From Nitrosarchaeum sp. (GTDB taxonomy: Archaea > Thermoproteota > Nitrososphaeria > Nitrososphaerales > Nitrosopumilaceae), in the NCBI GenBank assembly GCA_965223865.1, contig OZ245020.1, positions 1,568,001 through 1,632,000 on the forward strand: a stretch of 64,000 nt of DNA. The letters are read 5' to 3'. Positions 47,201 through 58,161 of this stretch are shown piece after piece. Position 1 is the first letter of the stretch. Each line of letters opens with the position of its first letter. The position numbers and the translations under genes were made by a program. The notes under the pieces are model-generated. The model saw nothing but the letters and a program-made list of their open reading frames with translations, was not told the origin of the DNA and ran no database searches.

Positions 47201-50200
47201 TTGATTGTGAAGGTTTTAGAACTTTTAGAAGAGGAACTTCCAAAGTATATTGAAGAAGTAAAACTAAAACATTCTGAAAATGCCAAAGCAGTTGCATTTT
47301 CATCTTTCATTCAGAAAGTTTTTGATATTGAGTCTAAAGATCTAGATTTTGAAGTTCCAATTAAAACTGAAGTATTAGAAATGAGAGGTAGAATTGATGC
47401 AGTATTTGGAAATTTAATAATTGAATTTAAGAAAGATTTGTTAAAAAGCCTGGAAGAAGCAAAAGATGAATTAGAAAAATATTTTCAAGCGTTTAAAGAA
47501 AGATATTCAGATGCAAATTATCTTGGAATAGCTAACGATGGTATTAGATTTCAAGTATACCAACCGATTTTTGAAGATAAAAAAATTAAAGAAATTGAGA
47601 AAATTGATGAAATAAATTTAGAAAACAGTTCACCTAGAGATGTTTTTTTATGGTTCGATTCTTATTTTTTTACTTCTGAAAAAATAATTCCTACTTCAGA
47701 TGATCTAAAAAAAAGATTCGGATTAGATAGTCCTACATTTTCAGCAATGAGAAGACAGTTAGAAGAATTATTTAACAAAGTTTTCGAATACAGACCTGTT
47801 AAAGTAAAGTATGATAGTTGGGCTCGTTATTTAGAAATTGTTTATGGAGACAAACCAAATGAGAAAAAACTTTTTTTCAAACATACTTATCTCTCAACAT
47901 TTGTGAAATTACTTGTTCATATTAAATTAACAAAAAATTCTCAAAGGCAAAATCACTCAATTGTGCCTATTCTTTTTGGAGATACATTTACTCAATATGG
48001 AATTAATAATTTTCTCGAGGAAGATTTTTTTACTTGGATAATGTTTGTGACTATTCGTAAACAAGCAAGTAAGATTTTTGAAAAATTACTTGACGAGCTT
48101 TATGTTTATGATTTAGACAAGATTGATGAGGATGTTTTAAAAGAACTTTATCAAGAGTTGGTTGATCCCGATGTAAGAAAGCTTTTGGGTGAATTTTACA
48201 CGCCTGATTGGCTTGCGGAGAAAATGATCGATGAATCTCTGCAAAAAAATCCTTTGTCAAGTGTAATGGATCCTTCATGTGGTTCAGGGACTTTTTTGTT
48301 TAAAACCATTAGATACAAAATAGATAGACTAAAAAAAGATAGATTATCCAATTCTGAAATTCTTAATCACATAGTTGAAAATGTGATTGGTTTTGACGTA
48401 CATCCATTAGCAGCTATTATTTCAAAAACTAATTATCTTCTAGCACTTCGTGATTTGTTATCTTCAAAAACAGGCTCCATAAGCATACCTGTTTTCTTAA
48501 GCGATTCTCTCAAGGTTCCAACTAAAAAAATGGATGTTGCACTGGGCGTTACATTATTCGAATATACTGCTTTAGATAAAAAATTTGTATTTCCAGTAGA
48601 TATTGCAAAAAATATGCAAAAAATGGATCAGGTGATTGATAGCTTACGAACTCATGGAATAGAATTTGAAAAAATCTATGATAGAAAATATGAATCTAGT
48701 TATGTAGACAATACTGTAATAGATGGAGCTTATGAAAATCTTGTCCAAAGTTTTAAGCGATCATTAGTGAAGGTTGTTAGTAAATCAGAATTAATAATTT
48801 TGGAACAAAATGTAAAAACTTTATTCGATCTTATAAAAGAAGAATCAAATTCAATTTGGACTTATGTTCTTCGAAATATGTACAAACCTATTGCAGTGTC
48901 TTATCGAAAGGTTGATCTCTTAATTGGAAATCCTCCATGGTTAGGATTAAACAATATGAAAAATGAGGAATATCAAGACTACCTAAGAGAACGTAGTAAA
49001 CATTATCTACTTACAGAAAAGAGAAAAAGTCAAAATATTTCTAACTTGAATCTTGCTACATTATTTTTTGTTCAATGTGTAGATCAATATTTGGATAATA
49101 AAGGAAAAATATCTTTTGTGATGCCTCAAGGAATTCTTTTTGCATCACAACATGCTAATTTTTTGAAATTTGAAAAAATTCCTATAAAATTAACTCAAAT
49201 TTATGATTTAGAAAAAGTTACTCCTCTTTTTAGAATATTATCATGCGTAATTTTTGGTACAAAAGGTTCAACAACGGAATATCCAATAACATCTTATGAT
49301 GTGAGCGGCAATTTACCGTCAAACAATTCCAATTTAGAAACAGCAAAGTCAGTATTAACATTCAAAAAACTAGAATATTCTCCTGTAGAAAGAAAGGAAG
49401 AAAAATCATTTTATTATGATAGATTTTCTCAAGGCGCCCAAATTATTCCTAGATGTTTCTGGTTTGTAGATCTCTTAAGTGATAGTTTTCTTGGTTTTAA
49501 CCCCGAAAAACCTCTTGTTGAATCATCTGAAAATAAAGATGCTAAGCATCCTTGGGATAAAATTAGGCTCAAAGGTAATGTGGAAAAACAATTTCTTTCT
49601 ACGTCAATTTTAAGTAAAGACGTTGTTCCATTTGGAAATCTACCTCGAAGAGTAATTGTTGTACCATTACTTATGGATGAACACAATGTCAAATTACTTG
49701 ATAATTCGCAACAAATTGAAATTAGTGGATTATCAATTTCAAAATATTTAGAAGATGCAGAAAAAAAATGGGAGAAAAATGCACCCGTAAAATCCAGAAA
49801 AAATATGACCATTTATGATAGAATTGATTATCAAAAAGATCTTTCTTCACAAAATCCTTTTCAGGGATACACGGTACTTTATGTGAAATCAGCAACTTAT
49901 CTTGCTAGTTGTGTTATAGAAAATAATGAAATCAGTTTAATCCCAGTTGGTGAAAATAGTTTAAAGATTAAAGGTTTTTTTGCTGAAGGAACAACATATT
50001 TCTTTACAACTGATTCTAAAGAGGAGGCATACTATCTTTGTTCTATTTTTAATTCAAAAACCCTAGACGAAAAAATTAAACCATTTCAAAGTAGAGGTAT
50101 GTTTGGCGGAGCAAGAGATATTCATAAGTTGCCTCTTTCATTTAATATCCTTAAATACGATTCTTCAAATAAAATCCACAAATTGCTGTCTGACGAAGGA

Positions 50201-50341
50201 ATAAAATGTGCAAAAACTGTTAAACAAAATCTTTCTGGTTTATCAACAAAATCATCTGGTCAATTAAGAAAAAAAATTCGAACAATGCTTGAAAAAGAAT
50301 TAGACATAATAAATGAAAAATCGAAACAGCTATTAAAATAA
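47201..50341 (+). CDS. Type IIG-like restriction-modification enzyme (nuclease + amino-methyltransferase + TRD)
   Basis: GRIDA....IIEFK nuclease motif; LGEFYTP, DPSCGSGTF, GNPPW. Confidence 0.92.
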   Translation: MIVKVLELLEEELPKYIEEVKLKHSENAKAVAFSSFIQKVFDIESKDLDFEVPIKTEVLEMRGRIDAVFGNLIIEFKKDLLKSLEEAKDELEKYFQAFKERYSDANYLGIANDGIRFQVYQPIFEDKKIKEIEKIDEINLENSSPRDVFLWFDSYFFTSEKIIPTSDDLKKRFGLDSPTFSAMRRQLEELFNKVFEYRPVKVKYDSWARYLEIVYGDKPNEKKLFFKHTYLSTFVKLLVHIKLTKNSQRQNHSIVPILFGDTFTQYGINNFLEEDFFTWIMFVTIRKQASKIFEKLLDELYVYDLDKIDEDVLKELYQELVDPDVRKLLGEFYTPDWLAEKMIDESLQKNPLSSVMDPSCGSGTFLFKTIRYKIDRLKKDRLSNSEILNHIVENVIGFDVHPLAAIISKTNYLLALRDLLSSKTGSISIPVFLSDSLKVPTKKMDVALGVTLFEYTALDKKFVFPVDIAKNMQKMDQVIDSLRTHGIEFEKIYDRKYESSYVDNTVIDGAYENLVQSFKRSLVKVVSKSELIILEQNVKTLFDLIKEESNSIWTYVLRNMYKPIAVSYRKVDLLIGNPPWLGLNNMKNEEYQDYLRERSKHYLLTEKRKSQNISNLNLATLFFVQCVDQYLDNKGKISFVMPQGILFASQHANFLKFEKIPIKLTQIYDLEKVTPLFRILSCVIFGTKGSTTEYPITSYDVSGNLPSNNSNLETAKSVLTFKKLEYSPVERKEEKSFYYDRFSQGAQIIPRCFWFVDLLSDSFLGFNPEKPLVESSENKDAKHPWDKIRLKGNVEKQFLSTSILSKDVVPFGNLPRRVIVVPLLMDEHNVKLLDNSQQIEISGLSISKYLEDAEKKWEKNAPVKSRKNMTIYDRIDYQKDLSSQNPFQGYTVLYVKSATYLASCVIENNEISLIPVGENSLKIKGFFAEGTTYFFTTDSKEEAYYLCSIFNSKTLDEKIKPFQSRGMFGGARDIHKLPLSFNILKYDSSNKIHKLLSDEGIKCAKTVKQNLSGLSTKSSGQLRKKIRTMLEKELDIINEKSKQLLK

Positions 50342-50353
50342 GTTTCAAAATTT

Positions 50354-51757
50354 TTAAAGACTGAACTTAGTTCCTTCAGTAATCATAGTTACATTTTGTT
50401 CAATAGTTTTGTAAACCTCTGGATGTTCAGTGTGAATTGGAAAAATGAGTTTTCCACCAATCTCTGAAACTGCTTTGAGAAGATCACTTCCTCTAGCATG
50501 ACCTGAGCAATGACTCTGAAATTTATGCATACCAAAGTGATCAATCCATGCATTAAGTCGTTCCTGAGATAATTCTTGTTCCTCATTATATGGTTCAGAT
50601 GAAGAGTGGATATATCTTGCACCCGGTTTTAGTTTCATGTCAATTAGAGCAGTAAAACTGTAAAATCCTATGGCACAAAGCACCTTATCTGGTCTCTGAG
50701 CAATTTGTTCAGCTGTCCATGTATTATGCAAATCTAAAAATTCTTTATCTTTACCTTTGTAATCTCTATCGGAGTATGTTCCAGATCCTCTTTTTGGAAG
50801 ATAAATGATAATGTCTTCATCGTCAATATTTGGAACATCAAGATGCTTATCTTGTGAGAGATATTTTAAAAAATAAGCATCATTGATTTTTACAACAAAC
50901 TTTCTTCCTGTCTGTTTTGCAATATTAAAAAATGTACGAAGTCTATCAACATCTTTGAAATTAAAATCTGCAAAAACTAGATTATTAGTTTCATTCACGG
51001 TTTGACTAGATTCTTGGTAAACTTTTTGTTCAGATTCGTCTGTTTCTTTGTCTGTTATTCTAGTTCCTTCAGTGATTAATGCAATTGGTTTTATTTCTTT
51101 TGCACGATTGATAAAATCACATGTCATCTCAGAGTGTGTTCCATGTAGTCTAATATCTCCAGTATATGCAATTGGACCTTCTGATGTCCAAATAATGAAA
51201 CCATAGGCTCCAGGTACTGAGTGATCTACATGAATTGGTTCTACTTCTAATGAACCAACCTTGAATTTATCACCAGTTCTAAATTCATTAATTGTTCTTC
51301 TGATGGGAGAATCTTTTAGACTGTAAGGTCTTGGTTTGTAGTCAAGAATTTCTTTTTCAATAGTTCTTGATGCACGTTCTGATAATGCTTTGAGAATCAA
51401 ATGACATGCTGAGCCCATATGGATTGGTATGTCTTCATGCAGAAATGAAATGTAATCAGCATGGTCTGCATGAGCATGAGTTAGAAGAACTGCATCAATA
51501 TCTGGTTCTTGAGGTTTTCTACCCGCCATCACCATCAAATCATCTCGATAAACCCCTGGGATATCAGGTACTAGCCCCATGGTCAGAAAATCTACGATTC
51601 CATTGGAGGTTCTAGGATTGAGATATTCCTCAAAATAGGTTGCACGTCTTGAGAAACTCTTGCCAAAATCTAAGAAAACTTTGGTATCTTTATCTTCCAG
51701 CAGTATTTTATTTCCTCCAATTTCATTAACACCACCATAGAAGGTCAGAGAAGTCAC
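50354..51757 (-). CDS. MBL-fold metallo-hydrolase, RNase J/beta-CASP-like
   Basis: GGVNEIGGN, THAHADH, VDHS, YTGD, HCSGHA, PIHTEH. Confidence 0.9.
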   Translation of the reverse strand: MTSLTFYGGVNEIGGNKILLEDKDTKVFLDFGKSFSRRATYFEEYLNPRTSNGIVDFLTMGLVPDIPGVYRDDLMVMAGRKPQEPDIDAVLLTHAHADHADYISFLHEDIPIHMGSACHLILKALSERASRTIEKEILDYKPRPYSLKDSPIRRTINEFRTGDKFKVGSLEVEPIHVDHSVPGAYGFIIWTSEGPIAYTGDIRLHGTHSEMTCDFINRAKEIKPIALITEGTRITDKETDESEQKVYQESSQTVNETNNLVFADFNFKDVDRLRTFFNIAKQTGRKFVVKINDAYFLKYLSQDKHLDVPNIDDEDIIIYLPKRGSGTYSDRDYKGKDKEFLDLHNTWTAEQIAQRPDKVLCAIGFYSFTALIDMKLKPGARYIHSSSEPYNEEQELSQERLNAWIDHFGMHKFQSHCSGHARGSDLLKAVSEIGGKLIFPIHTEHPEVYKTIEQNVTMITEGTKFSL

Positions 51758-51867
51758 ACATCAAAGTCATATTATCATACATAAAAATACGATCAGATGA
51801 TTACAAACCACAAGTAAAGCTCAAACTGTTCCTGATCTTTTAAACAGAGAGTAGTGTAAACCTATCA

Positions 51868-52944
51868 TTGACTGAAAAAAAAGACAAGATCTCAATTTCC
51901 AGAAGACAACGAAATGCAGCATACAAAGCATGGGAAACAATGAAAAGACGGAAATGGGAATCAAGAGGAGAATTTTCTGAGAAGATAAAAGATTACATGA
52001 CATTACAACAGATTTCCAGAGTCAATCATCCAGAGTTAGAAGAGAAGATTCCTGAAAAAATAGCAAAGGGGATTGTAAGTCTTTTTCATAAAACACCAAA
52101 AGATATTGCTTGTGGTAAATTTTGGGAGTTACGTTGGGCTTATGGTTGCCCTTTGGATTGTAACTATTGTTATCTTCGTGGTACAATGAGAGGAAATATG
52201 AAACCAAGTCCATTAAAATCGGAACACGTTCTAAAAGCCATTGATGAGGCATTTGCAAAAATTAAAACACCATCTATTTTCAATACAGGTGAGCTTTCAG
52301 ATTCTCTGATGTTTCCATCGTTGATGGAGAAGATTGTAGATAAATTTGAAGAACAATCAACGCACAAAGTTGCATTACTTAGTAAAATGGGAACTCATCA
52401 TATTGATTTCCTTATGAAAAAATTACGAAAACAAACAATATGTTCATGGAGTATAAACGCAATTCCAGTGGCAAAGAGATGGGAAAAGGCCGCTACTGAT
52501 CCATACGATAGAATAGCTGCTGCATCGATGGTTGATTCGATGGGATATGACACACGAATACGAATTGATCCAATTTTTCCAATCTTCGAATGGAAAAAAC
52601 ACTACGAAGAAATTATAGATTATTTATTCTCAAAGTTGGAGCCTAGAAGGATAATTTTAGGCACACCTAGAGGATTATGGAAGACAATAAAGTATGCAAA
52701 GAATGCCAAAATAGACATGTCATGGGCAAATTTCTTCAATGAAGATTCTAGCTGGGGTAAAAAATTAGAATTTAACCAAAGAATGGAAATCTACCAATTT
52801 TTGATGGATAAATTAACATCAATCGGCTATTCACAATCCAAAATTAGCATGTGTAAGGAAACTACAGAAATGTGGTCTAAAATTGGACTCGATTACAAAC
52901 CATTAACCTGCAGTTGCTATGGAAAAAATGCGTTATCTATTTAG
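51868..52944 (+). CDS. spore photoproduct lyase-like radical SAM protein
   Basis: GCPLDCNYCYL, FNTGELSDSL, WSIN, RIDPI; TTG start. Confidence 0.88.
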   Translation: MTEKKDKISISRRQRNAAYKAWETMKRRKWESRGEFSEKIKDYMTLQQISRVNHPELEEKIPEKIAKGIVSLFHKTPKDIACGKFWELRWAYGCPLDCNYCYLRGTMRGNMKPSPLKSEHVLKAIDEAFAKIKTPSIFNTGELSDSLMFPSLMEKIVDKFEEQSTHKVALLSKMGTHHIDFLMKKLRKQTICSWSINAIPVAKRWEKAATDPYDRIAAASMVDSMGYDTRIRIDPIFPIFEWKKHYEEIIDYLFSKLEPRRIILGTPRGLWKTIKYAKNAKIDMSWANFFNEDSSWGKKLEFNQRMEIYQFLMDKLTSIGYSQSKISMCKETTEMWSKIGLDYKPLTCSCYGKNALSI

Positions 52945-54055
52945 CAAATTCAATCATACACTTTTCTGGATAATCTAATCGTTTAGTAGATCGATCAGTT
53001 ACGTTAATAATTTTGGGTGGAATGGCTTTTTCCAATGGTCGTAAAACTTTGGTTTTAGTAAAAAGAAAAGGAGTTTCGGTAATCACATACTCATGAATTT
53101 CTTCTAAAAGAACCGTTTTTCCTTTAAAATGTTCAAAAATCATTTTTCCAACCTCTGAAATCCAGTATTCTTCATCATTATAATCTAACAAAAACGTTTG
53201 ATTAGGATTTGTTCTGTCTGAAAATTTGTAATAACCGCCTTGGCCAACTTTCTGCATGGCTCTTTTGATTACCTCTAAACCTCTCCAATGTTTTGTTCCA
53301 TAAACCAGATGGTAAATTGTATTGTTATCCGAACCAATCATTTCAAATGTTCTAACAAATTTTGCACCACCAACATTTTTTAGTTGTTGTACGTACAATT
53401 CTAAAAGAAACTTACGTTTTTCATCGGGTGTTTCATAATCATCTACGTCTTTCCAAGAAGAAGATGCATACAATCCATTCAATGCATTTTCTCGTAGCTC
53501 GTCATGAAATCTAAGTACGAAGCCAGACATGAAAGTAACAAGCACTTCACATTTGTTGTAGTTTAACATTCTTTGTATAAGGTTCATTGGCAAACCAGAA
53601 AATCCAAATGGATCTAAAAAAGCAAAAGTTGGAGCTAACTTTGCACCATCATTTTCTAATTGGTCTAAAGTTTCTTCAAGGGATTGTGCAAATTCAGATT
53701 TTTGAACATGGTAGAGTATTTGATCATCTTCTTTGTTTTCAAGTTCTGGGAATTTAGATTTTAACACTTCTTGTAATTTATTACATCTGTCCTTATCTTT
53801 TTCAATAAACCAAAAAACAATTTTTTTGAAATGTTTTCTCATAGAATGTTCTACAGCGGTACGTATAGCGATTACAGGAGAACCTTCTTCACCTTTTGAA
53901 TAAACCCCAGGGCCAGCAAATCCATCAAGATATACTATTCGCCCATCAAATCTTGAAAGTATAGGAAACCAAGGTTTGAGATATTCACGAAGAATTTCAT
54001 GTTTAGCGTTGGTATGGGGATCAAGAGGCCAAACTGTCGAATTAATTCCGGACAA
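52937..54055 (-). CDS. tcmP: three-Cys-motif partner protein (SAM-dependent methyltransferase-like)
   Basis: HT.AKHEILREYL..W, YLDGFAGPG, GSP, FAFLDPFG; next to DUF5131. Confidence 0.9.
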   Translation of the reverse strand: MSGINSTVWPLDPHTNAKHEILREYLKPWFPILSRFDGRIVYLDGFAGPGVYSKGEEGSPVIAIRTAVEHSMRKHFKKIVFWFIEKDKDRCNKLQEVLKSKFPELENKEDDQILYHVQKSEFAQSLEETLDQLENDGAKLAPTFAFLDPFGFSGLPMNLIQRMLNYNKCEVLVTFMSGFVLRFHDELRENALNGLYASSSWKDVDDYETPDEKRKFLLELYVQQLKNVGGAKFVRTFEMIGSDNNTIYHLVYGTKHWRGLEVIKRAMQKVGQGGYYKFSDRTNPNQTFLLDYNDEEYWISEVGKMIFEHFKGKTVLLEEIHEYVITETPFLFTKTKVLRPLEKAIPPKIINVTDRSTKRLDYPEKCMIEFAK

Positions 54056-54198
54056 CTATATTTGATTTTATTTTAAATTCTTAATTTTTTCTATTGTTTT
54101 TCCTTTAATATTATCATAATCTAGTGAAAATAATGACTATGGAATTCATAATGGACTCGATTTATCCTTTAAATAGACTACTTTTATGGTGAGAATAA

Positions 54199-55038
54199 TT
54201 GGCTGATAATTCTGCAATAGAATGGACTGAAGCCACATGGAATCCAACTACTGGATGTACTAAAGTCTCTTCAGGATGTAAGAATTGCTATGCTGAAGCA
54301 CTGTCGAAAAGGCTCAAAGCCATGGGAATTAAAAAATACAAAAACAACTTCAAATTCACTCAACACAATAATGAAGTAGAGTTACCGCTTCGTTGGAAGA
54401 AACCTAAGAAAATTTTCGTAAATAGTATGTCTGATCTATTCCATGAAGAAGCAGAAATGGAATTTATTGCAAAATGTTTTGATACTATGACTAAAGCCCA
54501 TTGGCATGTCTACCAAGTATTGACTAAGCGACCATCAAAGATGGCAGAATTTTCAAAATTATTTTATAATTATTTTGGATTTCAAATACCAAATAATATT
54601 TGGATGGGCACAAGTATAGAAGACAACCAAACAACGTGGAGAATAAAAGAACTACGTAAAGTAAAATGTTATACTAAATTCATTAGTTTTGAACCATTAT
54701 TAGAAGACATAAACAAAGTAAACTTGTCAGGTATTGACTGGGCAATCATTGGAGGAGAAAGTGGCCATCATTACAGACCAGTAGAAAAAAAGTGGATTCA
54801 AAACCTAATCAAGCAGTGCCAAAAACAAAATGTCAAAGTATTTTTCAAACAATGGGGAGGATTTCGACCTAAAGCGGGGGGTAGAGTAATCAATGGAAGA
54901 ACATATAGTGAATATCCAAAATTAAAACCAGTTGTTAATAAACAACAAGCAATGAAAATGGATGCCATAAGAAAAGAAAAAATAAAATTCAAGAAAATCA
55001 AGTTCAAAAAAACACTTCCTCCAATTTTGAATTTATAA
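54199..55038 (+). CDS. DUF5131 / phage Gp37Gp68 family protein
   Basis: IEWTEATWNPTTGCTKVSSGCKNCYA, FVNSMSDLFH, SFEPLL, IIGGESG, FFKQWGG. Confidence 0.95.
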   Translation: MADNSAIEWTEATWNPTTGCTKVSSGCKNCYAEALSKRLKAMGIKKYKNNFKFTQHNNEVELPLRWKKPKKIFVNSMSDLFHEEAEMEFIAKCFDTMTKAHWHVYQVLTKRPSKMAEFSKLFYNYFGFQIPNNIWMGTSIEDNQTTWRIKELRKVKCYTKFISFEPLLEDINKVNLSGIDWAIIGGESGHHYRPVEKKWIQNLIKQCQKQNVKVFFKQWGGFRPKAGGRVINGRTYSEYPKLKPVVNKQQAMKMDAIRKEKIKFKKIKFKKTLPPILNL

Positions 55039-55056
55039 TTCAAAAAAATAATAGAT

Positions 55057-55941
55057 TTGTTAACTCTTAAAGAACAACTTGATTGTATTAGAGAGAACAT
55101 ATCAAATCCTATATGGTCACAGAAAGGCTTTGATTATTACGAATTACTTACAAAATTGCATTTATTATTAGTGAAAAATAATCTTCGAAAATCATACTAT
55201 GATGAAACTACGTTGGTTAGCTGTAAATATTTTGAAAATTGTTCTGATGACCAAATTGACGATATTATAATTGAACATGTTCCAGATTTCAAACCTAGAA
55301 TTAATGCATTAAATCAACTAAAAAAAATTAGTGAGAAAATGGGATTGCAAACATACCTGATTAGACAAATACCAATCGAAATCAGAACAAAATGTTATGT
55401 TCCAGAAAATATTATAAAGAAATTTGCAACTAGTTTTAGTTGTGGTAAACAGATTTTAATTTTTAATGATAAAAAAATAGAATCAGAAATTAGGCAATTA
55501 TTGACTGGCAAGAAGAGACTAGGAGACATACTAGAATATCCAAGATGTTGTGTTAATTGGATGGTTGAAACAAAAACCAAATCATTAGAAGATTGCTATA
55601 AATTTTATGAAGAAAATTTTGGTACAGAAGATCATGATAAAATGAAGGAATTTTTACTTAAAAATTTTGAAAGTGATAACATTTCAGGGAATAAAGAAAG
55701 AATGATTGAAATTCAAGATAATCATGTGATGAGAACAATTTCAACATATCCATTTGTTTTTCATCAAGCATGTAATTCATGTTTAAAAAATTCATATTCT
55801 TCTACTTCAAAATTAAATAAAAAATACAGTAATTTTGCTAAAAAAATTTCAAAAGAATTCCATGATAAAATTTTAGATGAGGCAAAAAGAATTTGGACAT
55901 TTAAACAAACTTCGTTCAATAAAAGAAATCCATTCTGTTAG
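55057..55941 (+). CDS. hypothetical protein with DUF483-like motif
   Basis: LGDILEYPRCC and FHQACNSC. Confidence 0.62.
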   Translation: MLTLKEQLDCIRENISNPIWSQKGFDYYELLTKLHLLLVKNNLRKSYYDETTLVSCKYFENCSDDQIDDIIIEHVPDFKPRINALNQLKKISEKMGLQTYLIRQIPIEIRTKCYVPENIIKKFATSFSCGKQILIFNDKKIESEIRQLLTGKKRLGDILEYPRCCVNWMVETKTKSLEDCYKFYEENFGTEDHDKMKEFLLKNFESDNISGNKERMIEIQDNHVMRTISTYPFVFHQACNSCLKNSYSSTSKLNKKYSNFAKKISKEFHDKILDEAKRIWTFKQTSFNKRNPFC

Positions 55942-56299
55942 ATCTTTTCTTTTAGTTTTTGGAAAATTATAATTTTGTTGCTTTTATCATAAAATTCTAA
56001 ATTAAAAAAAAGTATCCATATTGAAAATAATTTGAGAATATAATACAATTATTTTATCAATTTCAACATATTTCCGCTGATGTCATTGAATTAAGAATAC
56101 TATTAGAAAAGAGTCAACTCATATTTGAAAAAAGTAAAAAACACCTTGAAATAATGTCTCATCTTGAACCAACTACTAAAAATGTAAGTATGGTAATGAT
56201 AAAATTATCAAGCTATACACTCACATATTGTACTCCAACATAATCTGAGCCATTCATCGCAAATTTTTTTCCTTTTATGCAAATAACTCATTATTTTTT

Positions 56300-58156
56300 G
56301 TGAAGTTTGATTTCCGTTCATCGCATGAAGGGTTTGTCTTTTCAATTCCGTTGATGATTGGGATTGCATTTATCATATTTGCCGCACTAATTGGGATATC
56401 CCAGGGGTTCGTAGAGGTGGGAGGTTTGCTTGTACCTGAACTAATCACGGACATGCCCACCTTCTTTGACTATGATGAAATAACTGGGGATATGATACTT
56501 GATGGTGCTGGCAATCCTGCAACAAACGAGAGAATTGACCTTTACTGGTTGTTGGTGTCAATTTCGGTAATAATTTTGGTTGCCGTTGCAATGATTGCAG
56601 TTCTGGGTTATGTCTTTGAGGTAGCAAGATGGATTCATCCCGGCACTGCAATTGGAATCCTTAAAAAAATTGTCTTGTTTCTGATTGTATTTTTGGTGTT
56701 CCCATTTGTGTGGGATATTTACGCGATAATCATTGAGAATTTTTCATTATTTTTGCTTGATCCGTTTGGCTCAGGCGATGATCCTGCAGACAGGACGCTG
56801 GAGCTATGGCGTGCAATGGGAAGTGTAATACCAGTAGATATCTTTGATCTTGATGCATGGGCCTCGGCATTCACTGATCCTGGTGCATTTGCACAAGGAA
56901 TGATGAAAGATGTGTTTCTGGCATTGTTCAAGGGATTTGCGGTAATGTTCATGACTGCAATGATGTTTATCATCAGTACAGTCAGAATATTACTTACAAT
57001 AATCATTGCAATGTCGATTCCGTTATTGCTCACATTGAGTCTGATTCCAATGTTCAGGTCAGTCAAGGACATGCTTGTAAAGAACCTGATTGGGTTGTCT
57101 ATTGCGCCAGTATTTTCCGCCCTTGTATTGACTACGGGTCTTGCATACTTGGATTCGACTACCTTGTCTGCAATGCAGGACTGGTTTGCGTCCCTTGCAG
57201 TGGGATTTTTGGCAGTATTTTTTCCAGTGATGTTGGCACCAATGCTGGGAAACATTGTGACACAAGTTGGACAGATGATGTCTACTGCAATAATGGCAGG
57301 CTCCATAGTTGGAAGCATGGCAGGACAGGGTGCACTAGGTGGTGTTGCAAAGTCGTTGGGCAGTACAGCAGATGGAGCTGCTGCAATGGCTGGAATGAGT
57401 GGGGCTAGTGCAGGTCTTGGAAGTCTTGGAGGCAAAGAAGGCTCTGGAATGAGACCACCAATCTCTTCACAGGAACTAGGAATGGCAGGAATGGGTTCCC
57501 CTTCAATGGGACGTGTGTCAAGTGGAAGTACACCAATGGCTTTTGGAAATGATGCATTAACAAATACACCTGGAGTAATTGAGCATACACCAATTTCATT
57601 TGGAGAGAAATTCAAGACTGGAGTAAAAGGAGCTTTTTACGGCGGAAGTACAGGACTTGCCGCAGGAAGTCTGAAGGCAGCAGGGCACGTAATGCATATG
57701 GAACAGGCAGTAAATCCGATGGTCCATGACATTCAGAATGCTGGAATGAACAAAGCATTTGAAGCAGGACAGATCAGTGCAGCAAATCATTCCCTCAATG
57801 ACATCTCAAAATCCATGGCAATGATGGATCCACCACAAATCAATGTGGAAACAACACAGGCCATAATGCCTGAGACTGGAGAATCCGCCATGGCAGTAAC
57901 GAATCCAGGAGATTTAATCGACAATATGGAGAATCTTGACAGAGTTCACAATAGGTTTGGGACACTAGAAGGACAACAAGAATATCTCAATGTTCAAAGA
58001 AATAATGTACCTAATTTTGAATCTATAAAACCAGAGATACAGAATCAGATTGATCAAAGACTAGTTGAACAATTAGAAAAGCACCCATTCAGTGCAGAAA
58101 AGATTGTTGATGAAGCTAAAGTGAGTCAAGGACAGACTTTTCAAAATAGAATATAA
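56300..58156 (+). CDS. virB6: VirB6/TrbL-like polytopic membrane protein
   Basis: Multiple TM helices then a Gly/Ala/Met-rich tail; shares the transfer-gene promoter motif. Confidence 0.75.
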   Translation: MKFDFRSSHEGFVFSIPLMIGIAFIIFAALIGISQGFVEVGGLLVPELITDMPTFFDYDEITGDMILDGAGNPATNERIDLYWLLVSISVIILVAVAMIAVLGYVFEVARWIHPGTAIGILKKIVLFLIVFLVFPFVWDIYAIIIENFSLFLLDPFGSGDDPADRTLELWRAMGSVIPVDIFDLDAWASAFTDPGAFAQGMMKDVFLALFKGFAVMFMTAMMFIISTVRILLTIIIAMSIPLLLTLSLIPMFRSVKDMLVKNLIGLSIAPVFSALVLTTGLAYLDSTTLSAMQDWFASLAVGFLAVFFPVMLAPMLGNIVTQVGQMMSTAIMAGSIVGSMAGQGALGGVAKSLGSTADGAAAMAGMSGASAGLGSLGGKEGSGMRPPISSQELGMAGMGSPSMGRVSSGSTPMAFGNDALTNTPGVIEHTPISFGEKFKTGVKGAFYGGSTGLAAGSLKAAGHVMHMEQAVNPMVHDIQNAGMNKAFEAGQISAANHSLNDISKSMAMMDPPQINVETTQAIMPETGESAMAVTNPGDLIDNMENLDRVHNRFGTLEGQQEYLNVQRNNVPNFESIKPEIQNQIDQRLVEQLEKHPFSAEKIVDEAKVSQGQTFQNRI

Positions 58157-58161
58157 AAAAA

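Noticed and set aside
56719-57615. 298-aa antisense ORF
   Set aside because: Shadow of the Gly/Ala-rich VirB6-like gene.
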